Assembly (NCBI GenBank): GCA_030680695.1
Contig: JAUXUT010000149.1
Coordinates: forward strand, 302,933-354,999
Length of the DNA stretch: 52,067 bases
Origin: a bacterium
GTDB taxonomy: Bacteria; Patescibacteriota; Minisyncoccia; Phycocordibacterales; UBA6065
Direction of reading: 5' to 3'
Within the stretch, counting starts at the first letter, position 1. Each line of letters begins with the position of its first letter. Below are positions 50,009-52,067 of this stretch, in pieces. The position numbers were made by a program, and so were the translations under genes. Below the pieces are notes generated by a model that saw only the letters and a program-made list of their open reading frames with translations, was not told the DNA's origin and did no database searches.

Positions 50009-51151
50009 CTACCTGACGACCGCGCCAAGCTCTGCCTTGGTCTTATCCTGGATCTTGTCGTGTATGACGTTCACCTCCTCGTTGGTGAGGGTCTTTTCCA
50101 ACGATCGATATGTGATACGGAACGTGTGGCTTATTTTACCCTCGCCGAACTTCTTGGGATTCTCGAAAGAATCGATGAGCTTGAGCTCTTCGATGAGGTT
50201 GCCGGCGCAATCGCGGGCGATTTCGTAATAATTATTGAGGCTTGTCGCCTTGTCCACGACGAAGGAAATATCGCGCACGACTGGCGGGTATTTTGAAACT
50301 TCCTTGAACCTGCTATCGAGGTCTTTGAACTGGCTCGTGATGCGCGGATCCTCGGACCAAAGTATGCGTATGTCAGGAATGGCCATCTTGACCATAGCAA
50401 GGCGGTCGCCGAAGCCGAAAGCCCATCCGTTGTATACCTCGGGGTCGATGCCGAAATTCTTGAGTACCTGCGGATGAACGAGACCTGCGCCGTTCACTTC
50501 CATCCAGTCACCGTTGAACATGATGTCCATCTCGACCGACGGGTCCGTAAATGGGAACGAGTCCACAAGGAACTTATGTTCGATGGTGTCACCGAAAATG
50601 GACTTGGCCATATCTTTTTGTACCTCCTCGAGGTCGGCGAGAGTAATTACCTTCTTGTCCTTCTTACAGATATACAAGGCGTCAATTTGATGGAAAGCCG
50701 GGAAGTGGTGGCGGTCTATCTCGTCTTTACGGAATACGATACCTGGCGAGAGCGCCATAACCTCCCCTTCTTTCTCCAAACGCTCCAGTACGTCCTTGTC
50801 GCGCAGATAGAACGACCACATGACGGTCATCTGGGTGCGCAACACATGTGTATCGTCCACGTAATAGGTATCGTTCTCGCGGCGGCTCGGGTGGTCCTTC
50901 GGCGTGTTGAGTAAATCGAAGTTTTGATCGACCGTCACAATGCGCGGGAATTCGACGATATCAAAGTCCTTAAAACGAGGAAGTGCCAGAACCTGATCAA
51001 ACAGAATCTTGACCGGTGAATTAGGCTTTTTGGTGAGGTCAGGCAGGGCCAGGAGGCGCTTTAAACGCTCTGCTTTGACGTCCGTGCGTCCTTGTAGACC
51101 TGCAATGAGCTCGGCTTCCTTGGGGTCATTTATAACTATATGGTGGCGCAT
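50009..51151 (-). CDS. pheS: Single-chain (mitochondrial-type) phenylalanine--tRNA ligase: alpha catalytic domain plus FDX-ACB
   Basis: NFD-L..P-DHPSR, FRKDEIDRHH-P-FHQ, FPFTDPS-E, GWAFG; C-terminal YPPVVRDISF...TYRSLEKTLTNEEVN anticodon-binding domain. Confidence 0.93.
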   Translation of the reverse strand: MRHHIVINDPKEAELIAGLQGRTDVKAERLKRLLALPDLTKKPNSPVKILFDQVLALPRFKDFDIVEFPRIVTVDQNFDLLNTPKDHPSRRENDTYYVDDTHVLRTQMTVMWSFYLRDKDVLERLEKEGEVMALSPGIVFRKDEIDRHHFPAFHQIDALYICKKDKKVITLADLEEVQKDMAKSIFGDTIEHKFLVDSFPFTDPSVEMDIMFNGDWMEVNGAGLVHPQVLKNFGIDPEVYNGWAFGFGDRLAMVKMAIPDIRILWSEDPRITSQFKDLDSRFKEVSKYPPVVRDISFVVDKATSLNNYYEIARDCAGNLIEELKLIDSFENPKKFGEGKISHTFRITYRSLEKTLTNEEVNVIHDKIQDKTKAELGAVVR

Positions 51152-51287
51152 ATGACGTAATGGGTGAATGCCAAATACTGTAGCAGAATATTGAATCCTT
51201 CACCACTTAAATATCATGGATTAATGCCCTGTAAGCGATACACGAAGTCCACGGCACTAGATAAGAGGAGTTTATTAGCTAATCTCT

Positions 51288-51662
51288 ATGTCTATGAGAA
51301 ACTCATTGAGGCTCAAGGCTGTGGCTGTGTCACTCGCATTCTGTGCGGCTGTCGCATTCTCAGTATCTTCGATATCCGCCTATTCTGGCGGTCCGAACGT
51401 GTTCACAGGCCCAGACCTTACAATTGGATCGACGGGAACCTATGTAGCCGAGCTACAAGGCCTTCTCACCGAGCTTGGTTATCTTTCTGTGCCTACCGGT
51501 GTGCCATTTGGATACTTCGGATCACTGACTCAAGGCGCACTCGGCCGGTATCAGGCTGCGCTCGGCGTGTCGCCAACGGCTGGATACTTTGGACCGCTCA
51601 CCAAGTCGGCTATGTCCAACGCATTCTCGTCCCGTGGTTGGGTCACGCTCCTATATCGATAA
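51288..51662 (+). CDS. Secreted peptidoglycan-binding-domain protein
   Basis: Signal peptide plus LTIGSTG.YV.ELQ...GYFGSLT..AL.RYQ...GYFGPLT; paralog of 19923-20579. Confidence 0.85.
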   Translation: MSMRNSLRLKAVAVSLAFCAAVAFSVSSISAYSGGPNVFTGPDLTIGSTGTYVAELQGLLTELGYLSVPTGVPFGYFGSLTQGALGRYQAALGVSPTAGYFGPLTKSAMSNAFSSRGWVTLLYR

Positions 51663-51692
51663 AACTGACGAAAAACGTAAATCGAGTAGAGA

Positions 51693-51715
51693 AAAATCCC
51701 CGTCATGGGGATTTT
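51693..51715. terminator. Bidirectional terminator
   Basis: AAAATCCCC-GTCAT-GGGGATTTT. Confidence 0.75.
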
Positions 51716-51724
51716 CCGTATCTG

Positions 51725-51797
51725 AGCCACCCCCCGGGCTTGAACCGGGCACCTACTGTTTACAAAACAGTTGCTCTACCAGATGAGCTAGGGTGGC
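51725..51797 (-). tRNA. tRNA-Thr(TGT)
   Basis: Acceptor GCCACCC/GGGTGGC, anticodon loop TT-TGT-AA, GTTCAAG T arm; discriminator U73; CCA not encoded. Confidence 0.96.
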
Positions 51798-51814
51798 CTA
51801 TAATTTATCCTTTT

Positions 51815-52067
51815 CTATTCTACCTTTGTTTCCTGTTCTTGTGTCCCATCCTCGCGCGGTCTCGGAGCCTCATCGGTAGTCTCGCCTTCCGCACCATCCT
51901 TCGCCTCCTTAATCTGTTTAACGTAGAACGATGGAGCGCCAGCCTTGGACAAGTCTTCCTTCCTCTGTGAGGCCTTCTCGACAAGAGAAGATGATACTTC
52001 GTATGTCTTGTCAGAGAGGCGCACAAAGAGACGTCCTATGAACACAAAGAGGCTGTGCATAAAGAGA
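51815..52067 (-). CDS. Hypothetical protein, 3' part (frame stays open to the window edge)
   Basis: No in-frame stop upstream of 52060; hydrophobic stretch followed by an acidic tail. Confidence 0.6.
   Translation of the reverse strand, partial: LFMHSLFVFIGRLFVRLSDKTYEVSSSLVEKASQRKEDLSKAGAPSFYVKQIKEAKDGAEGETTDEAPRPREDGTQEQETKVE

Overview
A ~52 kb housekeeping-rich chromosomal segment, most likely from a Patescibacteria/CPR (Parcubacteria-like) bacterium using genetic code 11. The taxon is inferred from compact, domain-trimmed core genes and leaderless-style starts. It carries mraZ-rsmH, lysS, greA, mreBCD-mrdA, proS, rseP, frr, a holB-like gene, a second mreB, an HTH-fused murA, a helicase-degenerate priA, def-fmt, hpf, an ECF sigma pair, truB, a modular GH113, dnaX, trmD, khpA, rpsP, rnr, a short smc, rnc, nusB-Nudix, rpmF, rnhB, dnaE, thrS, gyrB, a single-chain mitochondrial-type PheRS and three tRNAs (Asn, Gln, Thr). 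I found no integrase, transposase or CRISPR array. The most interesting signals are non-coding: (1) a T-box attenuator before thrS whose Thr specifier appears to sit in the apical loop of a very short hairpin; (2) two tandem promoter-RNA-terminator cassettes between mreB2 and holB, one 6S-like and one unassigned; (3) a uORF/hairpin/terminator leader plus a multibranch RNA fold upstream of dnaX; (4) a Y-shaped palindrome before dnaE; (5) a 30-bp inverted repeat present twice, 32 kb apart. All RNA folds were paired by eye and all family calls come from motif recognition; no searches or computations were run.
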